49,675 nt of DNA, taken from PVC group bacterium (GTDB lineage Bacteria; Auribacterota; Erginobacteria; Erginobacterales; Erginobacteraceae). Below are positions 39,297 to 49,675 of the stretch, one piece after another. The DNA lies in NCBI GenBank assembly GCA_043804695.1, contig JAZDIV010000151.1, positions 1 through 49,675 on the forward strand, given 5' to 3'. Below the pieces are notes generated by a model. The model made no database searches. It saw nothing but the letters and a program-made list of their open reading frames with translations, and had not been told where the DNA came from. Both the position numbers and the translations under genes were made by a program. The stretch's first letter is position 1; each line of letters opens with the position of its first letter.

Positions 39297-40112
39297 ATGA
39301 AAGAAACTACGATAAATAACAATGCCAAGATCGATCCACTGAATGCTCCTTTTGCCATCGCCGACAGGAAGTTTCATTCCCGGCTGATGCTCGGGACCGG
39401 GAAGTTCCCGTCCTTCCGGATTATGCGAATGGCGATAGAAGCGAGTGCGGCGGAAATCGTGACCGTAGCCTTGCGCCGGGTGGATCTCGACAACCCGCAG
39501 GACGATATGCTCGGATGTCTGCGGGATGGGCCTTGGTTGCTTTTGCCCAACACCTCGGGGGCGCGGGACGCGGCGGAAGCTGTCAGGTTGGCGAAGCTTT
39601 CGCGCGCGGCGGGTCTGGAACCGTGGATCAAGCTTGAAGTCACGCCCGATCCGCGCAGCCTTCTTCCGGACCCGATCGAAACCCTCCAGGCCGCGGAGTG
39701 GCTCGTGCGAGAAGGGTTTGTGGTTCTGCCGTACATCCAGGCGGACCCGATTCTGGCCAAACGGCTCGAGGAGGTCGGCTGTGCCACGGTGATGCCGCTG
39801 GCAATTCCCATCGGGTCGAATCTGGGGATCCGCTGCCGGGACGATCTTGCCCGGATCATCTCCGCCGCCCTGGTTCCTGTCGTCATCGACGCCGGCCTGG
39901 GGGCACCCTCTCAGGCGGCGCAGGCGATGGAGATGGGGGCCGACGCCGTCTTGGTCAATACCGCAATCGCCACCGCCCGCGATCCTTTGCGGATGGCCGA
40001 GGCTTTCCGCTCGGGTGTGGCTGCCGGTCGCGCAGCTTTCCTGGCTGGATTGCCGAGTCATCAAGGGATGGCCGAAGCTTCGAGCCCACTGACGGGATTC
40101 CTGCGCACGTGA
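39297..40112 (+). CDS. thiG: Thiazole synthase
   Basis: [47 protein letters not shown]. Confidence 0.95.
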   Translation: MKETTINNNAKIDPLNAPFAIADRKFHSRLMLGTGKFPSFRIMRMAIEASAAEIVTVALRRVDLDNPQDDMLGCLRDGPWLLLPNTSGARDAAEAVRLAKLSRAAGLEPWIKLEVTPDPRSLLPDPIETLQAAEWLVREGFVVLPYIQADPILAKRLEEVGCATVMPLAIPIGSNLGIRCRDDLARIISAALVPVVIDAGLGAPSQAAQAMEMGADAVLVNTAIATARDPLRMAEAFRSGVAAGRAAFLAGLPSHQGMAEASSPLTGFLRT

Positions 40113-41224
40113 GTTTCGCCGAACAGCTCGATACCGTTGATCTCGTCTCCATGCGGAGTCGGATCGATTCGATGCGCGAGAGAGATGTTGAAGCGGTACT
40201 CTCGGGAAAAAGCACTGATTTCCTTCCGCTGTTGTCGCCGGCGGCGGTCCCCCAACTCGAGGTAATGGCGCAACGAGCGCGGAACGAGACCGTCCAGCGC
40301 TTTGGGCGCGAGATACTTCTCTATGCGCCGATGTACCTCTCCAACCATTGCATCAACGGCTGTCGGTACTGCGGGTTCCATTCAGGTGCGGCAACTGCAC
40401 GAGTGGCGCTGAGCGAGGAGGAGGTGATCGAAGAAGGCCGGCACCTCCGGGATATCGGGTTTCAGCACGTTCTGGTGGTTTCCGGCGAATCACCATCGCA
40501 TTTTTCAACCAGCCGCTTGCGGAGCGCGATCCGGGTCCTGGCGCCGATGTTCTCCTCCATCTCGATCGAGGTTCAGCCGTTTTCCACAATCGAATACTCA
40601 GAAATGGCAGAGGCCGGGGCGGACGGGGTCACGCTCTATCAGGAAACCTACCTGCGCGAGGTCTATTCGCAGATGCACTTATTCGGCCCCAAACGCGACT
40701 TTGCCGCGCGCCTCGATGCAATCGAACGTGCCGGTCAAGCCGGGATCAGGCGATTGGGAATCGGCGCGCTGCTCGGGTTGGGTGATTTTCGCGCCGAGGC
40801 GATCGCCCTGATGCTGCACGCGGAGTACCTGCTGAAACGATTCTGGCGTTCCCAACTCACGATCAGCATCCCGAGGCTGAGAAAACGAGCCGATGGGGGT
40901 CGTATACCCAATCCGCTCAGCGATCTCAATCTGGTGCAGTTGCTGCTCGCGCTGCGGATTCATCTGCCGGAGGCCGGCTTGGTTCTTTCCACGCGCGAGC
41001 CGGCCGATTTGCGGGATCAGTTGATTCGCTTGGGGATTACCCAGATGAGCGCCGGTTCGAGGACAGAGCCCGGCGGATACCGTCGAGCGACTCCGGCCGG
41101 GGAGCAGTTTGCCGTGACGGATCGGCGCAGTCCGGCCGAAGTCGTCGAGGCGGTTTGCCGGGCCGGCTTCAATCCGGTCTGGAAAGACTGGGACAGGGAG
41201 ATGAACCAGGGGGTCTCGCATTGA
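40109..41224 (+). CDS. thiH: 2-iminoacetate synthase (radical SAM tyrosine lyase)
   Basis: [56 protein letters not shown] start overlapping the thiG stop. Confidence 0.92.
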   Translation: MSFAEQLDTVDLVSMRSRIDSMRERDVEAVLSGKSTDFLPLLSPAAVPQLEVMAQRARNETVQRFGREILLYAPMYLSNHCINGCRYCGFHSGAATARVALSEEEVIEEGRHLRDIGFQHVLVVSGESPSHFSTSRLRSAIRVLAPMFSSISIEVQPFSTIEYSEMAEAGADGVTLYQETYLREVYSQMHLFGPKRDFAARLDAIERAGQAGIRRLGIGALLGLGDFRAEAIALMLHAEYLLKRFWRSQLTISIPRLRKRADGGRIPNPLSDLNLVQLLLALRIHLPEAGLVLSTREPADLRDQLIRLGITQMSAGSRTEPGGYRRATPAGEQFAVTDRRSPAEVVEAVCRAGFNPVWKDWDREMNQGVSH

Positions 41225-41421
41225 ATATCTCGCTGAATGGGAAACAGCGCGAAGTCGAAGCGGACTTGTCGCTGTCCGGGCTGCTGAAGGAACTCAAACT
41301 GAGTCCTGATACGCTGTGTGTCGAACATAACGGTCGGATCGTTCATCGCGAGCATTTTCATAAGATCGTCTTGAAGGATGGCGATGCTCTGGAGTTGGTG
41401 CGCTTCGTGGGAGGCGGCTGA
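41221..41421 (+). CDS. thiS: Sulfur carrier protein ThiS
   Basis: 66 aa, ISLNGK, VEHNGRIV, ELVRFVGGG C-terminus; TTG start overlapping the thiH stop. Confidence 0.92.
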   Translation: MNISLNGKQREVEADLSLSGLLKELKLSPDTLCVEHNGRIVHREHFHKIVLKDGDALELVRFVGGG

Positions 41422-41586
41422 TGAGAGCAAACGCCCAGTTGCTTGATTCCAAACCATACTCCGGGATGTGCGACCGGCTCGCGCGTGGAACGGCTATTGT
41501 CCGACCTATGAGCGGATACTCCCTGAGTTCGTTAAGAAAAGCCGACGACCAGAAAAAATAAATCATAAAAAACAGTAAAATCGTAC

Positions 41587-41615
41587 TTGACAGCTATCGG
41601 TGCGTATGAAATAGT
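41587..41615 (+). promoter_or_regulatory. Putative sigma70 promoter of the met operon leader
   Basis: TTGACA at 41587, 17-nt spacer, TGn-AATAGT (weak -10). Confidence 0.45.
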
Positions 41616-41671
41616 TAAGCATATTAATTGAATTACTACAGAAAGCCACGCTCGAGATTCGGGGATTAAAC

Positions 41672-43185
<1,514 letters not shown>

Positions 43186-43285
43186 TCCCGGCGAAAACCG
43201 CCGAGCAAAACCGCGAACAGAGAGGGGGCCGGGTACCGCCGGTTCTCGACCAGGCCGCGCATTTCTTATGGTGACGGGATAACGC

Positions 43286-44446
43286 ATGACTGAAAAAAAG
43301 CCGACAATTCAAAAAGACGGCGTGGGGATCGTCCGGACCAACTGCTTCACGTTTGACGGACTCCGGCTGGAAAGCGGCGTAACGTTCGGTCCGATCACGA
43401 TCGCCTATGAAACTTACGGCGCGCTGGAGGGGGACAAGGCGAACGCCATCCTCATCCTCCATGCCCTTTCCGGGGATGCCCACGCCGCCGGGTTTCATGA
43501 GGGAGAAAATATCGCCGGATGGTGGGACTCCATGATCGGCCCGGGCAAGGCCTTCGACACGGATAAGTACTTCGTCATCTGCTCGAACGTGCTGGGGGGC
43601 TGCCAAGGCTCCACCGGCCCTTCCAGCATCAATCCGAAAACGGGAAAACCCTATGCGCTCGATTTTCCCCTGATTTCCATCGGCGACATGGTCGATTGCC
43701 AGAAGCGCCTTGTTGAACACCTGGGGATTGACCCGTTGCTTTCGGTCGCCGAAGGTTCGATGGGAGGAATGCAGGCGTTATCCTGGTTCGTCAAGTCTCC
43801 CGATAAAATCCGAAGCGCCATACTCATTGCGACGGCGGCGCGCCATTCTCCCCAGCAGATCGCCCTCAATGAAGTCGGCCGGCAGGCAATCATGGCGGAC
43901 CCGAATTTCAAGTCGGGGAACTTCTACGGGAGCTCCCCTCCGGCCAAGGGCCTCGCCGTGGCCAGGATGATCGGCCATATAACCTATATGAGCGACGTCT
44001 CCATGACCGAGAAGTTCGGGAGACAGAAAAAAGGCGGAGCACGCGCGCATAAGTTTACCGAAGATTTCGAGGTCGAGGGATACCTGCGCTATCGGGGCGA
44101 TAATTTCGTGAAACGATTTGACGCCAATTCGTACCTCTATATCACCAAAGCCATTGATAACTTCGATGCTTCGGGAGGAAAACCGCTGGCGGACGCGCTC
44201 GGGGGGGGTCAGGGCAATGCCCTGGTCATCGCCTTCAAATCCGACTGGTTGTATCCGGCCCACCAATCCAAGGAAATCGTCACGGCCTTAAAGCGCGCGA
44301 CCATCCCGGCAACGTACTGCGAGATCGACTCCACGTACGGGCATGACGCGTTTCTCCTGGAGATCGAGGAGGAGACTCACCTCATCCGGCATTTCTTGAG
44401 AAAGGTGTCCCATGGATATGAGGCGGTCGATACGTATGAAATCTAA
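43286..44446 (+). CDS. metX: Homoserine O-acetyltransferase
   Basis: HALSGD, GWW..MIGPGK, NVLGGCQGS, GSMGG, ARMIGHITY, RFDANSY, GHDAFL. Confidence 0.92.
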   Translation: MTEKKPTIQKDGVGIVRTNCFTFDGLRLESGVTFGPITIAYETYGALEGDKANAILILHALSGDAHAAGFHEGENIAGWWDSMIGPGKAFDTDKYFVICSNVLGGCQGSTGPSSINPKTGKPYALDFPLISIGDMVDCQKRLVEHLGIDPLLSVAEGSMGGMQALSWFVKSPDKIRSAILIATAARHSPQQIALNEVGRQAIMADPNFKSGNFYGSSPPAKGLAVARMIGHITYMSDVSMTEKFGRQKKGGARAHKFTEDFEVEGYLRYRGDNFVKRFDANSYLYITKAIDNFDASGGKPLADALGGGQGNALVIAFKSDWLYPAHQSKEIVTALKRATIPATYCEIDSTYGHDAFLLEIEEETHLIRHFLRKVSHGYEAVDTYEI

Positions 44447-45086
44447 CGGAGATAGGATCGACCACCGCGTGATCGCGGAATTGATCGCGCCGCGCTCATC
44501 GGTCCTGGACCTTGGATGCGGCGACGGGGAACTCCTGCGCCTCTTGATCAAGGAGAAAAACGTCCGGGCGCAGGGGATCGAGATAGACGAAGGGGCGATA
44601 TACAAATGCGTGGCCAAGGGCCTTAATGTATTTCATGGAGACATCGACAGCGGCCTGGCCGAGTATCAGGACAAGTCTTTCGATTACGTTATCCTCAATC
44701 AGAGCCTGCAGCAGGTGAGGCGCGTCGAAACGGTGCTGGAAGACGCCTTGCGGGTGGGTCGGAAGGTGATCGTGGGATTTCCCAATTTCGCCCACTACCG
44801 GGCGCGGTGGCAGCTATTCTTTCTCGGCCGGGCGCCCGTGACCGGCGCCTTGCCCTATCAATGGCACGAAACGCCCAACCTCCATTTTTTAAGCATCTCC
44901 GATTTTAGATCGTATTGCCGGTTGAAAGACATCGTCATCGAACGCGCTGAATACTTCTCGGTGGGAAAGCGCGTTGTCTTTTCCCCAAACCTATCGGCGC
45001 AGGTCGGGATATTCCTCATATCTAACCGGTTCTCTCGCCGTATCGTCCCCGGCAGTAATCCAGGAGTCCTCTCCGCCAGGCCCTGA
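44436..45086 (+). CDS. metW: Methionine biosynthesis protein MetW
   Basis: VLDLGCGDG, FDYVIL.QSLQ, FPNFAHY, LPYQWHETPNLH; follows metX. Confidence 0.92.
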   Translation: MKSNGDRIDHRVIAELIAPRSSVLDLGCGDGELLRLLIKEKNVRAQGIEIDEGAIYKCVAKGLNVFHGDIDSGLAEYQDKSFDYVILNQSLQQVRRVETVLEDALRVGRKVIVGFPNFAHYRARWQLFFLGRAPVTGALPYQWHETPNLHFLSISDFRSYCRLKDIVIERAEYFSVGKRVVFSPNLSAQVGIFLISNRFSRRIVPGSNPGVLSARP

Positions 45087-45927
45087 TCTTCGGCCCGCGG
45101 GAAGGCCCGGCAGTGACGGCGGCGAAGATTAAGGTGTAGACGACGATCAGGAGGTTTCGTATCCCCCGGCCTGCCGGGCTGAGCGGATATTGCCGGTTGA
45201 TGAGCAGGAGGTGGTTCCGGGTCGAGTAGTAGACGACGGTCTCGGAATGCTCCCCGCCCATGGAGCCGCTCACGTGGTGATAGACGCGGGATGCGGGAAC
45301 GGTGACGGTCAGGTAACCCTTTTGCCGGGCCCGGAGGCAGAGGTCGACGTCCTCGAAGCAGAGAAAATAGTCTTCATCAAAGCCGCCGGCCTCCCGGAGC
45401 ATCTCCCCTTTTAAAAGCATGGCCGCGCCGCTGACGGCGTCGGCCGGTCCGCCGCCGTCGGGAAGACCGCGGTCCGGCCGATTCTGGAAGGGCGTGTAAA
45501 TCCTCCCGCTCAGCCGGTGGACGGCGATCCCCTGGCTCCAGACCACATCCGGCCGGGAGCGGTAATAGACCCGCGGCCCCAGGATCCCGGCCCGGGGATG
45601 GCGCTCGGCGGCTTTCAGGAGTTCGGAGAGGAAGCGGGGGTCGGCCACCGTGTCGTTGTTGAGAAGACAGACATACCCGGCGCCCGCGGCGAGCGCTTTC
45701 TCGATCCCCAGGTTGTTTCCCCCCGCGAACCCGCGATTGACCGGGGAGGAGATGATCTCCACCCCGGGAAAGCGTTCGGCCGCCGCGTCCGCCGTGCCGT
45801 CGGTGGAGCCGTTATCGACCACGATGATGGCCGGGCGGGGAGGCTCGATCTTCTCCAGGGAGGATAAACACTCCAGGAGGTCATCCTTCCCGTTCCAGGT
45901 GACGATGACGATGGCGACTTTCGGCAT
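45022..45927 (-). CDS. Glycosyltransferase family 2 (WbbL/rhamnosyltransferase-like)
   Basis: VVDNGSTDGT, NRGFAGGNNLG, LLNND, FDEDYFLCFEDVDLCLR. Confidence 0.9.
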   Translation of the reverse strand: MPKVAIVIVTWNGKDDLLECLSSLEKIEPPRPAIIVVDNGSTDGTADAAAERFPGVEIISSPVNRGFAGGNNLGIEKALAAGAGYVCLLNNDTVADPRFLSELLKAAERHPRAGILGPRVYYRSRPDVVWSQGIAVHRLSGRIYTPFQNRPDRGLPDGGGPADAVSGAAMLLKGEMLREAGGFDEDYFLCFEDVDLCLRARQKGYLTVTVPASRVYHHVSGSMGGEHSETVVYYSTRNHLLLINRQYPLSPAGRGIRNLLIVVYTLIFAAVTAGPSRGPKIRAWRRGLLDYCRGRYGERTG

Positions 45928-46071
45928 GCTATTTAAACCGCGAATCCGGCCCTTCGATAAACTCAGGATCTTCAACGAATCTTCGCGGATGGTTACCCCG
46001 CCGCGGTATCTAAAAACAGTTAATATGAATGTGATCGGATATGAGGGGGTGGATGTCTGTTTGTTGGACGT

Positions 46072-46500
46072 TCAGCTTTTATCCCGATCTTCTGACTCCT
46101 GGCTTTTGTCTTTGAACGCTGAACGTTCAATGGTGGACGTTTGTTCTTCTCCCCGTCCTTCATCCATCGTCTCTCCGTCCTTCTTGAGCGCCAGTGCCTG
46201 GGTCAGCCGCTTGACCTGGTTGGTGAGCTGGGAGATCTTGACCGAGACATGGAGGTTGATGAAGACCATGAACATCAGGCCGAAGAAGAAGACGGTGTTG
46301 ATGGGGAGTTCTATCCCCAGGAGCCCGGTGAGGGAATAGAGAAAATTTTGCCAGAGGGAGAGAATCAGGATGACGGTCCCGATCAGCACCCATAACCAGG
46401 CGTACTCCTCGCGCAGTTTCCGTCGCCGGACCGTGTCAATAATAAATATCAAAAGGCCCACCGCCATCACCACCGCCAGTATCTTTTGTTTCAGGAGCAC
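46072..46500 (-). CDS. DUF2304-family membrane protein
   Basis: VRRRKLREEYAWLW, LLGI..P.N, KISQL...VKRLTQALAL; follows a DPM1-like GT2. Confidence 0.8.
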   Translation of the reverse strand: MLLKQKILAVVMAVGLLIFIIDTVRRRKLREEYAWLWVLIGTVILILSLWQNFLYSLTGLLGIELPINTVFFFGLMFMVFINLHVSVKISQLTNQVKRLTQALALKKDGETMDEGRGEEQTSTIERSAFKDKSQESEDRDKS

Positions 46501-46512
46501 GGCGTCCCTCCT

Positions 46513-47253
46513 TTACGGGCCCGGTTGATCCCGCTTGAATCGCAAGCTGGCGACAAAAGTGGAGAGCAGCATCTTGTAGATGTAGTAGATGATGGTCCAC
46601 CCCCGGTGCAGGCTGCGGGACCGGGTCTCCCCGACCGTGATCGGTATTTCCCGGATCCGCAGGCCCCGGAAATGGGATGAAATAATGACGTCGGCGTCGG
46701 GGAAGTGCTGTGGATAGTAACCCTCGGTAAAAATCTTCAGCGCCCTCCGGTTCATGCCCCGGAAGCCGGAGGTGGGGTCGGTGATCTTCCGCCGCAGGAC
46801 GAGCGAACAGATCGCGCTGAAGAGCTTCATCCCGATTTTCCGGGCCGGGGAGAGGCGGTAGGTATACTCTCCCAGGAAACGGGAGCCGACGACCAGGTCG
46901 GCCTCGTTCCCCCGGAGCGCGGCCAGAAAGAGGGGGACCTCCCGGGGGGAGTGCTGGCGGTCGCCGTCCAGATGGACAACGTAATCGTATCCGTGCCGGA
47001 GGGCGTAGAGAAAGCCGGTCTGGCGGGCGGCGCCGTCGCCCAGGTTGAAGGCGTGGCTGACGACCAGTGCCCCCCCGGCCCGTGCCTCATCCGCCGAGCG
47101 GTCGCGGGATCCGTCGTCAACGACCAGGACATCCATGTCCGGGTAGAGTCCCCGGATCTCCGCCACCAGCTTTCGGATGTTCCGGCGCTCATTGAAGACC
47201 GGGATCAGAATTAAGACCTTTTCCCGGTGGTTGGTTGTTGCGTTATGATCCAT
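46513..47253 (-). CDS. DPM1-like polyprenol-phosphate glycosyltransferase (GT2)
   Basis: IPVFNE, VVDDGS.D, LDGDRQH, GSRF, TDPTSGFR. Confidence 0.88.
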   Translation of the reverse strand: MDHNATTNHREKVLILIPVFNERRNIRKLVAEIRGLYPDMDVLVVDDGSRDRSADEARAGGALVVSHAFNLGDGAARQTGFLYALRHGYDYVVHLDGDRQHSPREVPLFLAALRGNEADLVVGSRFLGEYTYRLSPARKIGMKLFSAICSLVLRRKITDPTSGFRGMNRRALKIFTEGYYPQHFPDADVIISSHFRGLRIREIPITVGETRSRSLHRGWTIIYYIYKMLLSTFVASLRFKRDQPGP

Positions 47254-47347
47254 TGTCAAGCGGTAGATGAGGATTATAAATAAATCACAAAATCCAAGCA
47301 CCAAAATACAAACAAATCTCAGATAACAAACACCACATTACAAACCT

Positions 47348-47470
47348 GGTAACACTTTAGTTCTTTGAAAATACCGCCCATCCACCTCGCTGCCACGCTC
47401 CACGTGGTAGCGAATCAATTTTCTTTCCCACGCGGAGCGTGGGAAAGAGGTAAAGAGCTAAAGTGTTATC
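47348..47470. mobile_element. Non-autonomous MITE-like element with terminal inverted repeats, target duplication and two internal REP-like hairpins
   Basis: GGTAACACTTTAGTTCTTT (47348-47366) / AAAGAGCTAAAGTGTTATC (47452-47470); flanking direct repeat AAACCT; internal TCTTTCCCACGC-GGA-GCGTGGGAAAGA. Confidence 0.7.
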
Positions 47471-47550
47471 AAACCTGTTTGGGATTTGGAATTTGGTATT
47501 TTTAGTTTCGGGCAATCTTAATTGGTTATAAAAACCCATCTAATACCGGC

Positions 47551-48744
47551 TCAAGATTTATCCGTAGCAACAATACTCTGGTACGCTTTCTCCATCTTCG
47601 CCCGGCCTTTTTCCCGGCTGAACTCCCGCTCCGCCCATGTTCTCCCCGCCTGCCCGAGGCGGCGGGCCTCGTCGGGCGACTTCAGCAGCCGGATGACCGC
47701 GCCCGCGAAGTCCTCCGGCCGGTCGGCGATCATGATCTCCGATCCGTCCCGGGCGCCGATCCCGGCATTGGCCGCCCGGCTGGCGACGACCGGGCACCCG
47801 GCCGTCATCGCCTGGACGATCTTCAGTATGATCCCGCCCGCGACCCGGAGCGGGACCACCAGCAGCGCGGCGGAGGACAGGTACGGGTCGATCCGCTCGA
47901 CCTCCCCGGTGACGATGAAATCATCGGAGGAGAGAGCCCGGATCCCTGCCGGAGGATTCGCCCCGACCACCAGGCAGCGCGCCTCCGGGCATTCCTTCCG
48001 GACCAGGGGCATGATCTCCTTCTTCAGCCGGATCGCCGCGTCCCGGTTCCCGGGCCGGTGCATGGCTCCGATGAAGAGAACGGCGGCCTGCTCTCTCTGC
48101 TCTTCCGGCCTCCGCAGCAGGTTTTCGTCGAGGAGGGGCGGCATGATGAACGTATTGACCCCGATGTCCCAGGCCTCGACCGCGCGCCGGTCCTTCAGGG
48201 ACATGACGAAGACGTTCCCGCACCAGATCGAGTACCATTTTTCCCAGTACCGGCTCAGTTTCCATTGGCGGTAATAATAGTATTTTTTCAGGCCGCCCGC
48301 AATCCGGACCTGCTGCCGGAGAACATCGCTGGCCAGGTCCTGGAGGACCAAGATGCGGGGGATCTCCGCCGGGATCAGCCGGGCGTATTGCCCCATGTGG
48401 AAATTCTCGAACTGGATGCAATCGAAAGAACCGTCCCTGATCATGTCATGAAGGTTCCCGAGAAGCGGTTTCGAAGAGGTGGCGGCGACCGCGAAGGGGC
48501 GGGAGAGAAGGAGCGGCACCCTCCTCAGCCGGTTCAGGAACCCCCGCTCGCCCGGGACCGTTCTGATTTTCTCAAAAACCTCACCGGCGGCCGGGAGGGA
48601 GGGGAGATCTTCCTCCCGGATAAAGGAGAGCAGTGAGAAGGCGTGCGAGCCGGAGAGTTCCTTTGCCCATTGAAAGGTATGCCGGCCGCCGCCGTGCCGC
48701 GCTCCGGCCGACGGGAAATCGGATGTGACCAGGAGGATCCTCAT
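47551..48744 (-). CDS. Glycosyltransferase family 4
   Basis: MRILLVT, FIGAMHRPGN.DA, VTGEV, VVPLRVAGGIILKIVQAM..G.PVV; GGAGG RBS. Confidence 0.85.
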   Translation of the reverse strand: MRILLVTSDFPSAGARHGGGRHTFQWAKELSGSHAFSLLSFIREEDLPSLPAAGEVFEKIRTVPGERGFLNRLRRVPLLLSRPFAVAATSSKPLLGNLHDMIRDGSFDCIQFENFHMGQYARLIPAEIPRILVLQDLASDVLRQQVRIAGGLKKYYYYRQWKLSRYWEKWYSIWCGNVFVMSLKDRRAVEAWDIGVNTFIMPPLLDENLLRRPEEQREQAAVLFIGAMHRPGNRDAAIRLKKEIMPLVRKECPEARCLVVGANPPAGIRALSSDDFIVTGEVERIDPYLSSAALLVVPLRVAGGIILKIVQAMTAGCPVVASRAANAGIGARDGSEIMIADRPEDFAGAVIRLLKSPDEARRLGQAGRTWAEREFSREKGRAKMEKAYQSIVATDKS

Positions 48745-48876
48745 ATTATTTTTCCTCCGGAAAAACAATAAATAATAGTATACTGCCACAAAGGAACAAT
48801 CCCGGGTAGATTATTTCTTGTCAGACAGACGGTGCATTTATTAAAACGATCAACCGTCTGGAACAATAATTGGTTA

Positions 48877-49410
48877 ATGTCCATGTTTTCCGATCGATAC
48901 CGGATAGCAAAAATCGCGGGGCTGGCAATCCTGCTGGCAGCGCTGGCCTGGTACGCGGATGCCGCTCAAAAGGTGCTGACCTATTCGGAGTGCCTGAGCG
49001 ACCCGGAGCGCTTCGACGGGAAAGAGGTGCCCATCTTTATGGAGGCCCGGATCCTGGAAACGACCCCCGGCTCCATCCGGATTTCTCAGCCCGACGGTCC
49101 CCTCGATCTCCTGGTCCCCCCCCATTTCCAGGGCATGGTACCGGCCGGGGCTTCCCTGGAGGACGTGAAGCCGGGGCAGTCCCTGGAGGCCGTTGCCGTC
49201 TTCCGTCGTCCCCGCTTCCTGGAACTGAAGGCCTTCCGCAGCGCTCAGCTGCGGAAGTTTAAGATCTTCGTCTCCATCTTCCCGGTGGTGCTGGTCGCCT
49301 TTTTCCTTTTCCGGACGATCCGCTGGGAAAACGGGCGGCTGATCATAAAGGAAGTGCCTAAAGTGAACTTCAGCCAAAGGCTGATCCGCCTCCGGCGGAA
49401 AAGTGCCTAA
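48877..49410 (+). CDS. Hypothetical membrane protein (two TM segments around a possible OB-fold)
   Basis: Hydrophobic N- and C-terminal segments; LSDPERFDGKEV; start uncertain. Confidence 0.55.
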   Translation: MSMFSDRYRIAKIAGLAILLAALAWYADAAQKVLTYSECLSDPERFDGKEVPIFMEARILETTPGSIRISQPDGPLDLLVPPHFQGMVPAGASLEDVKPGQSLEAVAVFRRPRFLELKAFRSAQLRKFKIFVSIFPVVLVAFFLFRTIRWENGRLIIKEVPKVNFSQRLIRLRRKSA

Positions 49411-49576
49411 AGTCAATGCTTTGACCCAGCCGAAGACTGACATATATTTATGCGGAGAGGCGATTTATTTAATTCAAAGAACATCACCCGAAGGGACCGG
49501 GTAAATGCGGGTATCGGGTGTAGCGAAGCGAGGCGTTATTAATCCGACCGTTGTAGTATTTACAGCAAGGATTGCG

Positions 49577-49655
49577 GTCATTGCGAGCGTTAGCCGAAGC
49601 CGCGAGCAAAGCGTGGCGGGAAGCAATCTCTTGCTGTGCATATAGTTGAGATTGC
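49577..49655. repeat. GTCATTGCGAG...GAAGCAATCTC / GAGATTGC palindromic intergenic repeat
   Basis: GCAATCTC (49623-49630) and GAGATTGC (49648-49655) inverted pair after GTCATTGCGAG; resembles a widespread short palindromic element. Confidence 0.5.
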
Positions 49656-49675
49656 GTAGCCTGTCCCGAGCGATA

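Noticed and set aside
39698..40108. N-terminal extension of ThiH (likewise XdhC from 34809 and MetY from 41779) as fusion domains
   Set aside because: The extensions overlap upstream genes or the attenuator and look non-protein-like; downstream starts fit family lengths
45949..45970. CCCTTCGATAAACTCAGG motif and the longer GT2 start at 45975
   Set aside because: A single short copy of what looks like a common intergenic repeat; gives no support for the extended start and is too weak to report alone

Overview
Bacterial genomic window, mostly GC-rich with AT-richer patches, probably from an anaerobic diderm. It contains, in order: (1) the end of a Liv-type ABC transporter and an amidinotransferase; (2) an accessory tract (~1-12 kb and ~17-29 kb) of secreted or membrane orphan genes, several frameshifted, separated by REP-like GGGTxxxACCC / GGGGAC motifs and a repeated ~120-bp terminator-containing element; (3) a minus-strand aspS-gatA-gatB operon in which GatC is fused to the C-terminus of AspRS and GatA has lost its whole catalytic triad; (4) three exported proteins sharing a C-terminal 40-aa repeat domain ending in DIPV(T/S)R; (5) a glycosyltransferase locus split by a ~12.5-kb plus-strand sulfur block (Rrf2, cysK, ThiI-like, XdhC, cysteine desulfurase, mnmA, ThiF/MoeB, thiG, thiH, thiS, then metY-metX-metW). 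The met operon is preceded by an unannotated Met-rich leader peptide with an overlapping antiterminator/terminator pair, i.e. a probable methionine-sensing ribosomal attenuator. No rRNA, tRNA or CRISPR array was seen. All calls come from reading motifs by eye; no searches were run.
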